Notes: generated by a model not told the origin, from the letters alone. Positions 36,087 to 49,329 are shown, numbered from the stretch's first letter. The stretch: 64,000 nt of DNA from Macrostomum lignano (GCA_002269645.1 NIVC01001130.1:248001-312000); one strand, 5' to 3'. Numbers and translations are program-made.

Positions 36087-39000
36087 TTAACGCTTCCGAC
36101 GACTACTTCTTAATATTGGACGCTTAGACTGAAAAGTTGATTGCTGCAGATTGAACACGTTGCCGCCAGGCGGTTGCTGCTGCCCGTTAAATGTGAAACT
36201 AGATGAAGCTGCCTGTTGCTGCTGAGACTGGCCAGTGAATGCGAAAGCTGGAGTAGATTGTTGCAGCGGTTGCTGCTGTTGCTGTTGGCCTGTGAAAGCA
36301 AAGCTGGGAGTTGGTTGTTGCTGAGGCTTCTGCTGTAGGAGGCCTACAAAAGGCAAAGCTGGACCGGGCTGCTGCTGTTGTTGCGTCTGAGTTGTAAAAG
36401 AGAAACCTGTTGCTGCTGCCTGCTGCTGAGGCGGTTGCTGTGCACCCGAAAAATTGAAGGACAATCCGCTACTAACACTGACTCCACTGGCGCCACCAAA
36501 AGCTCCTAGTGAGGCAAGAGAACCGGGAGCTGATGGCACCTTGCTAGCGGCGCTAAGTAGCTGCTGCTGCTGTTCTTGTTGCTGTCCAAAAGAAAAGATA
36601 GAGAGCGGCTGCTGAGCCTGCGAAGGCTGAGCAGAATTGTTGTTAAACAGAGAGCTTGCCGTAGTCACGGGCTGATTAGGTTGAACAGCTGGAGCTGTGC
36701 CCTGGGGTAGGAATGAAAAGGTTGGCTGCTGCTGCTGTGCCGCTGTAGTGGTAGCTGTAGCTGCACTTGCTGGTTGCGTCATACTTGGAGTTTTCACCCC
36801 ACTAAAAAGACCGCCACCGGTACCGCCTGTAGAACTACTAGACGCAAACAGACTAGTCGTTAGAGACGGCATGGAGACTGTGCTAGCTATGGTAGCAGAT
36901 AACGGAGCGGCATTTGGCTGCGCTGTTGAAGCTGAAGCAAGTGTAAACGGCTGAGCCTGTTGGGATGATGGCGCGCCGAATAGTACGGCTCCGGCCGGGG
37001 CACCGCTAGCGGAAGCCGGGGTCTGAGCGGAAGAGGCCTGACTGAACAGACTGCCAGCACTGGCAGCTCCTATCGAAGAAGTAGCGGTAGTAGCGCCACC
37101 GAAACCACTGAAAGCGAAATTGCCAGATGACGATTTGGTGAGTTGCGACGATGCCGAAGCGGCAGATACGGTAGTTGTGGTCGTTGCTGTTGGCATCAAG
37201 GTAGAGAAGCTGCTTTGTGTGCCGGAGCTGGTAGCTTTCGATAAGGTACTGCCACCAAAGGTAAGGGATGTCTGCAACGGTGTGGTTGCTGGCGCCCGAC
37301 TAGGCAGACTGAACAGCGGTGGTGTCGCCGGGCTCGCCTGCGTGCTAACGGCAGCTGTAGAAGCGGCACTGTTGACTTTAAAGTTAAAACTGGCGGCGCC
37401 GTCGGCTGTAAAGCTAGAGAATGATGGCGGCAATAGCGGGACAGCGGTGGTTGGCGACTGAGTAACTGTTGCAGAAGAAAGTCCAGCGGTAGTGACAGTG
37501 GTGGATGTTACAGGTATGCTAGCAGCAGATTTGCTGCTTGTAAATGAAGGAAAATTAGCAAGAACAGAGCCTATTGTTTTCGGCGGCTGGGACTCAATCT
37601 GTGCACTAGGTTTAGCAGAGGCTTTATCAGCAGATGAAACTGATTGACCAAAGCTAGGCAATGTAAAACTGGGTCCGCCAGTAAATGACTTTGCCTGGCT
37701 AAGAGGCGGCAAGCTGGTAGCAGCGACAGTGGGCACAGTGGTTGTTGCAGCAACCGAGACAGGGGCAGTGGACGACACAGGCTTTGCCAGAGAAGGATTC
37801 AACGAAGCAGCCTGGCCTAGCAAGAATGAAGAAAGCGGCGCAGTTGAAGCAACAGTCGATAAAGAAGCTGTAGTAGTTGCAGCAGAAACTGACGGTTGCA
37901 AGCTAGTTGTTGGCTTAAAGCCACTGCTAGTTGCTTGTCCTAGGAGAAGAGACGGCATAGCTGCAGTTGTGACAGTGGCGGATGTTGTAGATTGACCGAA
38001 ATTTAACGATGGCTGGGGAAGGGTTGACTTGAGTTGATTGCTGGTTGAAGACGCGGTGGAGGCAGCAGTTGCAGGAGGCGTCTGTATGAGAGATAGAAGC
38101 GACGTGCTAGATGTGGTTGCGAGTCCCGTTGCTAACGACAAAGAAGGCGCTGTTATCGGAGCAGTTGTTGCCTGCGGAGCCGAAACTGAGGCAACAGATA
38201 TGGGGGCTACTGGCGCAGCCGGCTGGATGTTGGCTAGCAGACGCCGGATTCGATCGCGTCGGGTCTCCCGACGCTGGCGCTCTCGTTCTCGAGCCTGCCG
38301 CTCAGCCACCAGCCTGGCCGTCGGACTGCTGCCAGACTCTGCAGAAGTTGCCGCGCCTGGCATCGTAGAATCGTCAAGCAGACGCCGGCAGTGCTGCTGC
38401 CTGGCGGCTCTCTCTATACTAGCGACCAGGGCTGACACAGTCATTCGCGGCCGTTGCGGCGATTGTCGCGGCGGAGTTGACGAACGAGACGTCGACTGTG
38501 GCTGAGCTGACGGCGGCCTACCCGAATGCCCTGCGGGCTGCAACAAAGGGGACTGCAAAGGCGACGCTTCTACTGGACGGCTGCTCAGACCATCGGCAGA
38601 GATACTGAGCAGCAAGTCAGCTTGAGCTGCTGGCACGGCAGCGTCTGCCTGGTAATGCAGCGATGGCGACATGGAGATATCAGTTTGGCAAGACTCAGAT
38701 TTATTGCTGACCCCGGCGCCTGCATCAGAGTTCTGCGTGGGCGACAGCAGCACAGAACTGGTAGATGGGGGTATGGATACAAAGCAGGGGGACTCGTTTA
38801 GCCTGTGCGGCTGGTGACGCGGAGTCGGTAAGCCAATCTTAACAGAGTCGGGCAAAACCTCGCCCAGTGATGTCGCTTTAAACACGTCGTCGGTGCTAAG
38901 CTTCTGTCGTTTCTGCTGCAGATGACCATTTTTCTCAAGGTGATCGGGACGTGCCACCTCTGAGGCACTGTTATTGCAATCAAGATCAGCATCAGCGTCA

Positions 39001-39509
39001 TCGCTGACTATCTGCTCGGCAGCGGCGGCGGTGGTGGCCGTGCACGAGGACGACGCAGACGAGGAATTGATTTGCGAAGCGGACCGTTTCCGCGCCTCCA
39101 TGATGCGTAGACCGCGAAGGACACTTTCTCGTTGGTCCGAGTCGCCCAGAATGAAGCCGCCGTTAATAGCGGACGCGCCGGCGCTGGGCTGCCAGAACGG
39201 ACGTGTCCGACGTCCGTGAACATCGGCGGACGCAGCGATCGGAGCGGCTCGAACAGTCAGCACAGAGGATGCCAAAGGTGGCGGCAGTGGCGTAGACCCC
39301 TGCTGGTGCAGCTGGTCGACATGATTGCCGCTGTTGAATACTGACACGGGACTAGTAGTAACTGGCGTCGGTGGCAAAAGCAATCGGACGTTGTTGCTGT
39401 CTTCTATCAAAGAAGAAAAGATGGGCGTTACAGACGCGCCAGATGATGAAGATGCGGCCAAGGCTGACCGCTTTGAGAAGCTGTAATAGCCTGTGGCGCG
39501 GCGCCGCAT
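36087..39509 (-). CDS. FG-repeat nucleoporin, POM121/Nup153-like, 1140 aa, single ORF
   Basis: S/T/A/P/Q-rich C-terminal two-thirds with FG, FGG, FSFT and FNF motifs; basic tail RPILRSSRRKR; QRESVLRGLR..RKRS and QKRQKL resemble the POM121 ETVL.ALKE/NLS region. No Zn fingers or transmembrane helix are visible. Confidence 0.75.
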   Translation of the reverse strand: MRRRATGYYSFSKRSALAASSSSGASVTPIFSSLIEDSNNVRLLLPPTPVTTSPVSVFNSGNHVDQLHQQGSTPLPPPLASSVLTVRAAPIAASADVHGRRTRPFWQPSAGASAINGGFILGDSDQRESVLRGLRIMEARKRSASQINSSSASSSCTATTAAAAEQIVSDDADADLDCNNSASEVARPDHLEKNGHLQQKRQKLSTDDVFKATSLGEVLPDSVKIGLPTPRHQPHRLNESPCFVSIPPSTSSVLLSPTQNSDAGAGVSNKSESCQTDISMSPSLHYQADAAVPAAQADLLLSISADGLSSRPVEASPLQSPLLQPAGHSGRPPSAQPQSTSRSSTPPRQSPQRPRMTVSALVASIERAARQQHCRRLLDDSTMPGAATSAESGSSPTARLVAERQARERERQRRETRRDRIRRLLANIQPAAPVAPISVASVSAPQATTAPITAPSLSLATGLATTSSTSLLSLIQTPPATAASTASSTSNQLKSTLPQPSLNFGQSTTSATVTTAAMPSLLLGQATSSGFKPTTSLQPSVSAATTTASLSTVASTAPLSSFLLGQAASLNPSLAKPVSSTAPVSVAATTTVPTVAATSLPPLSQAKSFTGGPSFTLPSFGQSVSSADKASAKPSAQIESQPPKTIGSVLANFPSFTSSKSAASIPVTSTTVTTAGLSSATVTQSPTTAVPLLPPSFSSFTADGAASFNFKVNSAASTAAVSTQASPATPPLFSLPSRAPATTPLQTSLTFGGSTLSKATSSGTQSSFSTLMPTATTTTTVSAASASSQLTKSSSGNFAFSGFGGATTATSSIGAASAGSLFSQASSAQTPASASGAPAGAVLFGAPSSQQAQPFTLASASTAQPNAAPLSATIASTVSMPSLTTSLFASSSSTGGTGGGLFSGVKTPSMTQPASAATATTTAAQQQQPTFSFLPQGTAPAVQPNQPVTTASSLFNNNSAQPSQAQQPLSIFSFGQQQEQQQQLLSAASKVPSAPGSLASLGAFGGASGVSVSSGLSFNFSGAQQPPQQQAAATGFSFTTQTQQQQQPGPALPFVGLLQQKPQQQPTPSFAFTGQQQQQQPLQQSTPAFAFTGQSQQQQAASSSFTFNGQQQPPGGNVFNLQQSTFQSKRPILRSSRRKR

Positions 39510-39735
39510 CTGAAATGATTAGCGAATCAAATGCACTAGCCATTGTGGAATCAGTCAGAACTGATTGTCTTCTAATCGAGGAAAAAGCGAATATCCACTG
39601 ATCTGAAAACTGATCTTTTAAAAACTTCGAATACACACGGGAGAAGCCGTCTACTTTGTTAAAAAGAATAATTAAGAAACGCAACAGTTTTCAATCCAGA
39701 GACACAAGTTGTCAGGCGGTGTCCGTTATTTGAAA

Positions 39736-39745
39736 TTTATTTATT
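39736..39745 (-). terminator. Overlapping AATAAA polyadenylation signals of RPS3
   Basis: The minus strand reads TAAATAAATAAATTT about 120 nt downstream of the RPS3 stop. Confidence 0.6.
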
Positions 39746-39862
39746 TACTCAACCATTATACTCAGTCGATAATTTCTATCTAGCCAAGCCAAGCAACAGG
39801 CGAACAAAAACCAGCTCAGACAAGTTCGCGCAACACGCAGCTCAATGTTATAATATAACTTT

Positions 39863-41213
39863 TTAAGCCGGCGCCATCATCTCCGCCTGCGGCTTCTGCA
39901 CCTTGTTCTCCGAGTAAGGGACGGCCGGCACAGACTGCTCCTTGGGATCGGCGATGGTCACGTGATCCGGCAGCGGTTTCCTCGGGACGGCGCCGCCTGG
40001 CGGGGCCTCCCAGTTCTGCATGATCTTGACCTGGATGCCGAGCACTCCCTGGCGGAGCTGGACGTGCCGGACGGCCCGATCGATGAAGCGAACAGACGGC
40101 TCGCCGCTGTGGATCATGAAGCCCTCGGTGAATTTCATCGATTTGGCTCGCTGGCCGCGCAGCTTGCCGCTAACGATAACTTCGGCGCCCTTGGCGCCCG
40201 ACTCAATAATGAAGCGCAGGACGCCGTAGCAGGCGCGGCGAACGGCCAGGCCGCCAAGCAGTTTGTAGCGCAGCGACTCGGCCTGCAGGGAGGGGGAAGA
40301 AATACTATACTAACATACCCTCTGTTTAATGTCCTATTACAAAGGAAACACAGCTTCTGCTGATTTAGTTTAGTTTTATTAGAGGCTGCGTGCTCCCTGG
40401 CGCACTTTAAGCGATATTGTCACACAACCCTGCGGCGAGAGGCATTAAGTAAGCAGACATACGCACAGGCACACACTCACACAGGAGTTAGGCATGTACT
40501 CTTCACTGTGCCTTTGCGGTTGGCCCTCAAGCGCGTTCATTTTACGAGCAGAGCCAAGCCGAGATTCCAATTTAGACCCAAATTATTGTGGCTGCACGTC
40601 ACATTAGAGCACTGCACTAGACCACTAGGTTACGCCCCTGTGGCCTCTGATCGAAGCTTCGAAGTAAAAAGCTTTCAGTAGCGCAATAGAATGTTGCAGA
40701 GGCGGTTAAGTGAGACTCTATGGGAGTCTGGACCAGGCATTGTCTAAAAGAAATTCTTCTCTAGTCTCTGAGAAAGTCGATAGGCAGCCAGAGAGGAGGC
40801 AAGCATTAAGCCGCTGCAGGCGCAACACGGATGCCTGCACGGTCACGCAGTGTGTATAACGGTCCTAACTTTCACTAATTGTCAATTTGTCAATAACTTG
40901 CCTGAGCCACGGCTGACAGTCCGCGGTTGGCCATCTTCTCGGCGTAGATCTCAATCTGGCCGTCCTCGAAGCCGAATCGTTTCTGCAGCACGGCGGTCAA
41001 TTCGCGCACTTTTCGGCCCTTCTCGCCTAGCACGCTCTGGGTGCGGGTGGCCAGCACAATGACCTCGATCTTAGCCGGGGTGACGCGCAGTTCGATGCCT
41101 GAGTAGCCATCCTCGGCCAGTTCGCGCTTAAGAAATTCGTCTAGCTCGGCTCGAAACACGCCATTGGCAACGAATGCCCGTTTCTTGCTTGTTACAGCGT
41201 TTTTAGTTGCCAT
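39863..41213 (-). CDS. RPS3: 40S ribosomal protein S3 (uS3), 243 aa. Exons 41213-40902 and 40282-39863, GC-AG intron.
   Basis: [36 protein letters not shown]|[35 protein letters not shown]. The junction is CAG|gcaagt ... ccctgcag|GCC. Confidence 0.98.
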
Positions 41214-41630
41214 GTGGCTGAAGTTTTTAAGAATAGAAATTAAGGATTTGACCCGCTGTCTAAAATTTGCCACCAGCAAAACAATTTCATTTTATCGGCC
41301 GCAATATATTATTAATCAAAATAATCATTTTGACTAATTGGTCCAACTCTAAAACTAAGATGTAATTTACATACGGTTAGAAATCTATAAAGGCAATCCC
41401 TCCAAAACAAACTTTATTAAAGTTTGTTAGACTATAGACTACTATATAGACTATTAAATCATAAGGAACTCCACTTAAAACTAATTGAAAATCATTCATG
41501 AAAATGTTCAACTGTAGTGAGTATTTGCTCAGATATTGAGCATTTCAATTATAGTATCTACAATCCAACTTTATTAGCTATAGCTGGCTCAGCAAGTGAA
41601 TAGAAGTGTAGTATCACACCCGCTAATAAA

Positions 41631-42614
41631 TTGTTCTATGGAAAAGAAAGTCCGAGGATGCGTTCGCCTCGGCCAGAGAAACGCGTCCAAGGACTTTCGG
41701 TCACAGAACAATTTTTTAGTGGGTATGATAAAATTTTATCTCCACTTGTAAGACAAGCGGGTGTGGGGCAGAACCGTAGACTGACTGAATTTTCGTTGTG
41801 GAAGGACCCGCAATTCGTGGAGGCGAGACAGACATTGGATGCTGCTATGAAGGAGACCGTCCGCGAGGGAAACATACCTGGAGTGCAAGCCAGTGAGCCA
41901 ATTTCAACTGAAGTGGAACACGATCTATGGCAACGCGGACAGTTGGGGACTGAGAATCCGAAACTTTTGAGCACTTTAATGTTTTACATCGGCAAGTGCT
42001 TCGCCCTACGAGGTGGAACTGAACTACACGACCTCGAGTACAATAAGGACATTGTCTTGGAAACTGATCTGATTGGTGAGGCACTAGTTTTTAAGGAGAA
42101 CAAAGCCAACAAGAGCAATAATCGTGGGCTGAAGGCCAAGAGAAGCTTGCCTCAACGAGAGCTGCGAGCATATCACACGCATGGCCATGTTAGGTGCCTC
42201 GTCTGCATCTATAATGCTCACGTTGCCAAGCGTCCAAGCGAGTGTCAGGTTTGCAACCTGTTTCTGTCGTGTCTTCGTGCCGAGAGTTCTATCAAGTCTG
42301 GGAAGTGGTACCAGAATGCACCGCTTGGTCGCCACACGCTTGATAACATTGTCAAGGAGATCACGCAAGGAGCTAGCCTGCGCTTCACGAATCAGTCTTT
42401 GCAAAAGACCTGCGCCACAACACTGCATCGAGCCGGATTCGACCGAGGTGACATTGCTTGCGTCACTGCACTCCAGTTCAGCTGTGGAGCAGTACATTCG
42501 GTTCGACCATGGGGACCAGCTTCGTGTTGGGCAGGATGGAAGTGTGACCATCACTTGGGAGTGAGTTGTAAAAGAACTATTATTGACCAAATAGTGACTG
42601 CTAACGAAATGTAA
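41631..42614 (+). pseudogene. Crypton-type tyrosine recombinase (DUF3504/ZMYM-KCTD1-like), frameshifted and catalytically degenerate
   Basis: DPQF..ARQTLDAAMK, E..LW..GQLGTENP, FALRGGTE, RCLVCIY, KWYQNAPLGRHTL, FTNQSLQKTCATTL (canonical TNHSLRAT). The HSSSAVEQY segment carrying the terminal His and Tyr is in another frame after about 42465. No ATG start. Confidence 0.8.
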
Positions 42615-44479
42615 TTTTGGCATGAACTGTATCATCTGTTGTGTTTTTTCATACCTGTTTCCTTTGTTCTATTGTTGGTATTCATTTCAGTCTGTATGGC
42701 TGAATATAAACTTGTTCTCAGTCCTCAGTTTGAGTATGGAGAAATGTTTTCTCAGGCCTAGTTTTCGGGCCTGAGAGCTGAATGCACATGAAAAACTACC
42801 ATAGACCATGACTTCCATGGGAAAAGAAGAGCCTGATTAAACATCCAAGAAACAAAAAGTGGAGATGAAAGAGTTTTGATATTAGTAATTTATTACTTAA
42901 TGCCTGTGTGTGGTGGCTATCCTAATGACTCTTAGTCTATGGCACCACTTTTGCTTTTACACACCGCACTACTCTATGTAGCCCATGGGCACAATCAAAT
43001 AAAAAGGCAACCTTTTTCCTTCAAGACTTGCAATGCACTGCAAGCCACTAAATGCCAATATAAATGGAGCCAAACGAGTCACTGCTGCATATAATATATA
43101 TTTTATTTAAAACAATATAATATCTATACATACAAGTCTTTGTAAGATACCTAGTTTCTAGGTATTTTGTTTCTAGGTATGCTTGTAAATAAGATTCTAT
43201 ATCTACGAGCATATGCACACATTTCATGTGATGAGTATTTTTGAATAAAATGCTGATCTATATAGGTTAAACACAAAAGTAGCTATTCTATGAGCTACCT
43301 GTCAATCAGGGTTTTATAATCTAGGTTCTAGGCCTTTTATGCTTAGGTATAATAATAATTGATTAGTTGAACACCTGCTAGCAGTGGCTAGTATTAACAT
43401 GCAATGGGAGATTGCTTAGGACATTTTAACATTAGGGTGCCTTTGTGCATATGGCAGTAGGGTTGCCACAATTTTTTTAAAGCATTAATTTTTCTATATG
43501 TAAATAGCTTGCCTATACCCTGAACTAGAATTATTTTTCTTTTTCCTTATCCCTTTGCATATAGTTGTTATGTTTTGTTATGATTGTTATGTTTTGTTAT
43601 ATTTTTTCCTATGTTGGCCTATTTTCTCTGTCTTAGCTATGGCACTCTTTTGTTCCTGTCTTTGGCCTTGCTATTATATATTTTTAATTTTAATCCATTT
43701 TTACGCTGTTCTACCTATATTTTCTCATGTTGCCTACTGGCCTTGTCCATATCCTATTTTATGTTTCCACATGTGCAACCCCAAATGTTGGCAATATCAA
43801 TTTTGTTTATATAAATATTTGCCCCAAACGCTAATTGTATTAAAATATCTAAACTAACATACTTCCTTTTTTTCTTTCTTATTGATTTATCTCTTTCCTT
43901 TTTCATTTTGACTATTACTACTACTACTACTATCTTGACAGTTTGTTAGCCTAAATTTTGCCACTCTAGTGGCTAATTCACTTTAAATTTAGCCTTAGCA
44001 CACTGCGGCTCTGCAAGATCCTATCATTTAGTAACCTTATCACAAAATTAATCCTGCTTAACTTCATTAATTATTTATTTGGTACAAAACAATAAAGCTA
44101 AACAAAACCCACATTTGTTCATTAATTAAGCCCATAGCATTATCTTAAGTAATTTTCCCACAGGGTATAAACCAATTGTTCTCAATTCTAAGCAAGCTCT
44201 AAAAATAATATTCTATAATATGTAGATTATAGTCGTGACAGCACTATTCTACTTATAATAGGCATCTGACATATTGACATACATAGCAAATTTGGTGTCA
44301 GAGGACCCAACTTGAATGACCATGCCTATTAATGACTGCTTGACTACAAATAATGACTACCTTCTCCCAAGAACTAAGGACCCAGAAAACAGAGTAGTTA
44401 GGAGAAAATCTTCATTGAGATTAACTATTCAATTTTTGGCTTTTATTTGTGTGAACTCAATACTAGCACCAATTCAAAT

Positions 44480-45120
44480 TCCCCCTTAAGCCTTGACATT
44501 TCTACCATTCCCTCAAGCCTACACATCTTAGAAAACCCCCAAGACTTGACATTTCAGTAGTTCCCCCAAACTTACACATCTTAGAAATACCCCTTAAGCC
44601 TTGACATCTCAGTAATTCCTCCAAGCCTACACATCTGAGCAATCCCTTAAGACTTGACATTTCAGTAATTCCCCAAGCCTACACATCTCAGAAATACCCT
44701 CAATACTTGATGTCTCAGTAATTCCTCCAAGCCTACACATCTCAGCAGTCCCCTAATACTTGATATCTTAGTAATTCCCCAAGCCTACACATCTCAGAAA
44801 TACCACAAGACTTGAAATCTTAGCAATTCCTCTCAAAGCCTTTGCATCTCAGCTGTCTCCCAAGACTTGACATCTCAGAAATTCCTCCCAAAGACTTGAC
44901 ATCTCAGTAATTCCTCCAAGCCTACTTAGTTATTATAGATTATCTAAGAGCTACTATGATATTATTTGAGAGCTACTATGGGGATTATTTGAGAGCTACT
45001 ATGAGATTATTGAAGAGCTGCCATAAGATTATTGCAAAGCTTCTATGAGATTATTGCAAAGCTGCTATGAGATTATTGTTATAGGATTATTGCTATGAGA
45101 TTTTTGCAAAGCTGCTATAA
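44480..45120. repeat. Two degenerate tandem arrays (CTTGACATCTCAGTAATTCC..AAGCCTACACATCT and GAGCTACTATGAGATTATT)
   Basis: Recurring motifs with many substitutions. Confidence 0.8.
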
Positions 45121-45758
45121 TATTATTTTTTGTGGCTTACATGGGGCTTCTTATTTTTTATCTGACACTTTTTAAAGTTTTTTTTAGCTTTTTCTAAACA
45201 TTAAAATTTTTAACAAAAAACTTTTACATTGTAAAAATTTGAACCTACACTGCTGCATTTACAGTTCAGTCTGTTCACCTCAAGGCTAGCTTCCATTGTT
45301 TAGATAACATGAATTTTATAACTTATATATAAATTCAACACTTTCAAACTCCAAGCATAGTAGTTATGACATAATCAATTTCTCAGGCAGCCTGTATCAG
45401 TTTCAAATAAAGTCAACAATATGGTTACACAATCTAAATCTAGCTAGTCTTGAGCAATGCTTCTAAGCAGAGTTACAATTCAGCTGTGACGCAATCTATT
45501 TTAGAATCAGCATTCAACCAGTCAGTTTTTTCTCTAGCATTTTTACAATGCTTTTCAAGACAAAAGAGCTGCTTGACCTTTACAAAAAAGCATGTTTTTC
45601 AAATATTTATTGCCTTTAGCATTGAGCAATTTCTTAGCCAAGATGCAGGTACCAAGATGCGAAAATTTCTGATCAAATGGTGCAAATTTGAAAAAAATCG
45701 GACAATGCATTTGCTTAAACGATGACAATACAGCTATTTTACATGGAGCCAATTGACA

Positions 45759-46430
45759 TCTCTACATATAAAAATCAAAACTCTGTGTGTATGTCTGTGT
45801 GTGGACAATTTTGATTGCTATGGACTCCCAAACCACTTAACCAAATTACACCAAACTTTATACCCACCTTAAACTTACTACGGAGAATGTCTTAGGCTAC
45901 CTTTGAATTTCTTAGACTCAAGTCTTCCTACCTAAAAGTACAAAAAACTGCTTAAAATGCACATTTTTTCACTAAATCCTTCATAGCGCCACTCCACTTC
46001 TACTGATTCTCTTCAAATTTGACACAGACAATCTTTAACTATTTTGGCACAATCATGTAAAATTTGAGTCTCAAAGTTAATCCTGAGCGGTGCTGTGCAC
46101 TTTTAAAGTTAGGCTGTTTTTTTCAGCATAGTAACCACCCTAACCTCCACCCGCCTGCCTCTCTTTCCTGATCCCAATTTGGGCCCAAATGTGTAAAAGG
46201 GTTTCAAAATTGACTAACTTTTAGCTGCCAAAAGTTTGCTCCACATAAAGCAATTAACTTTAAACTTGACACAATTTTTCATTGACTTATTCTCTATCTA
46301 AATGTAAAGTTACAACTCTGTAACTCATTCAGAAAAGAAACTGTAAGCATGTAAAGTTTGTCTGCTTTTTCTGTTGTTAGTGCCACTCACTTACTCATTC
46401 CCCCAGAGCCAGACAAAGGGTCAGGCGATA
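45759..46430 (+). mobile_element. Possible non-autonomous Helitron remnant
   Basis: A|TCTCTACATATAAAAATC..TGTGTGTATGTCTGTG start and a CCAAATTACACCAAACTTT motif typical of such elements. The 3' hairpin/CTAG end is degraded. Confidence 0.3.
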
Positions 46431-46974
46431 GGACTGAATGTACATAGCAAATGTACAGTGTTTTGGAATAACTTTATTTATAGCCTTCTCTGCACGTCGA
46501 GAGTGGAAAGGCTACATTTAGCCATAACAGTTTAGTGAGAAATTCTAACCACTTCCTTCCCTTCTATATTGGCAAACTCTGCAGCAGTTCAACAGTGGAT
46601 GGCAATTGGCAAAAATCAAAGGAATTCAGCATGGTTTGTAAAAGCAAAAGATTTATGAAAAGGCAATGCGATGCAATGCAGTACAGCCCTACTAAATTAG
46701 GCACACCATGGAAATTTTAAGTTTCTTTTAAAGGTACTGAGTAAATTTTAAATGGCCTCCTAAGAAATGCATATTTCCTTGGTTGTTAGACTGATGCAGA
46801 CTGCGGTAGAGCTGAAGATACACAAATTCCTTTCAGGCCTGCAAATTGGCAAGAAAGATGACGTGATCAAAGCATGAGAACTACCATGAGATTAGTACAT
46901 CCCACAAACTGGCTTTTGAAGCAGAGATGGGCAGGCTTTTACCTCAAAGGCCAGATAAAGAATCCAGCTCATGG

Positions 46975-48010
<1,036 letters not shown>

Positions 48011-48309
48011 ATAGAAATTTTAAAGGATCCAAGGGACATAGGGAGAGTCAGGGAGAGGCCAGAGTTTGCCAATACATGTTTTAGAGTCAGACAGAGATTG
48101 CCTAACATTCTGCGGAGTACCCCAGCCAACAATATCAATGTTTGCCTCAAATCCTAATTTTTATACGAATGTGTCCATTTTATCTTTACCTCTATCATAC
48201 TAACTATTAACAAGTTTTTGTGTGTATGGCCTTAGATTTCAGAATACATGCAAAAGTAGTTCCAGGGATTGGAATTCCCCAGGTTCAAAATCTATGGGTT
48301 TCAACAGCT

Positions 48310-48344
<35 letters not shown>

Positions 48345-48577
48345 ATATAGTTTTCATTTTTAGTATATCTGACTGATAGATATATATATACATATAGTTT
48401 TCTTTTTTTAGTATATTTTATTTTTGGCATACATTTTAGGGAAATTTTTGTTTTTGGCATGTATTAGCATATATTTAGCTGAGATAGGATACTTGTTTCA
48501 GCAGCCTCATACTACTATATAATCCAGTCCCTGGTTATCTGCTAATAATAGAGGTCTATTATACAATTTGGAAAAAC

Positions 48578-49051
48578 GAGTATAACTTTGACCATCAACT
48601 TTTTGATCAACTATTCCATCAACTTTTCGTGTTAATAGGATAAATAACTTTATCCATCAACTATTCTGTCAACTATTCTGTCAAGTATTCTGTTAACATT
48701 TCTGTTAACTATTTTGTCAACTTTTCCATGAAGTTTTCTGTTAAATTTTTCTGTGAACTCTTCTGTCAACATTTCCATTTACTATTCCATTAACTTTTCT
48801 GCCAAATATCTCTTCACTTTTCTGTTAACTATTTCATCAACATTTATGCAAATCAAATTTTTTATGTAGTCTGAATAGAAAGTGATATAATTTTTTTGCA
48901 CAAGTGCAGTTTCCTTTGCAATTAATTTTGTTTTAAATTTGCTGAGTATACATATATATATATTATATATACAATATATAACAATATATACAATATATAT
49001 ATATACAATATATATACAATATATATATACAATATATATATATATATATTG

Positions 49052-49100
<49 letters not shown>

Positions 49101-49329
49101 ATAAAAAACACATCCAAATTAATAGTTACTTCAGTCACTTAAGTGACGGCAACTTTCAAAGACCTAAATAAGCAAATAGTACTATTTAGAATAAATAATA
49201 GTTTATGGAATAGTTAATATAAAACTTGATGAGAAAGTTGAGAGAAAAGTTAATAAAAAGTTAACGGAATACTTGATAGAAAAGTTGATGGAAAAGCTGA
49301 CAGAAAAGCTGATGGCCAAAGTTATACTC
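48578..49329. mobile_element. Foldback/Mutator-like TIR element with subterminal repeats and a (TA)n core
   Basis: GAGTATAACTTTGACCATCA pairs with TGATGGCCAAAGTTATACTC. ATTTGGAAAAA is directly repeated on both flanks. TCAACT/AGTTGA repeats are inverted between the arms. Confidence 0.75.

Noticed and set aside
40283-40901. Intronic C/D snoRNA (U15-like) in RPS3
   Set aside because: No RUGAUGA box C found on the sense strand by eye.
42084-42635. 183-aa minus-strand ORF
   Set aside because: Antisense to the Crypton ORF, with no recognisable motifs.
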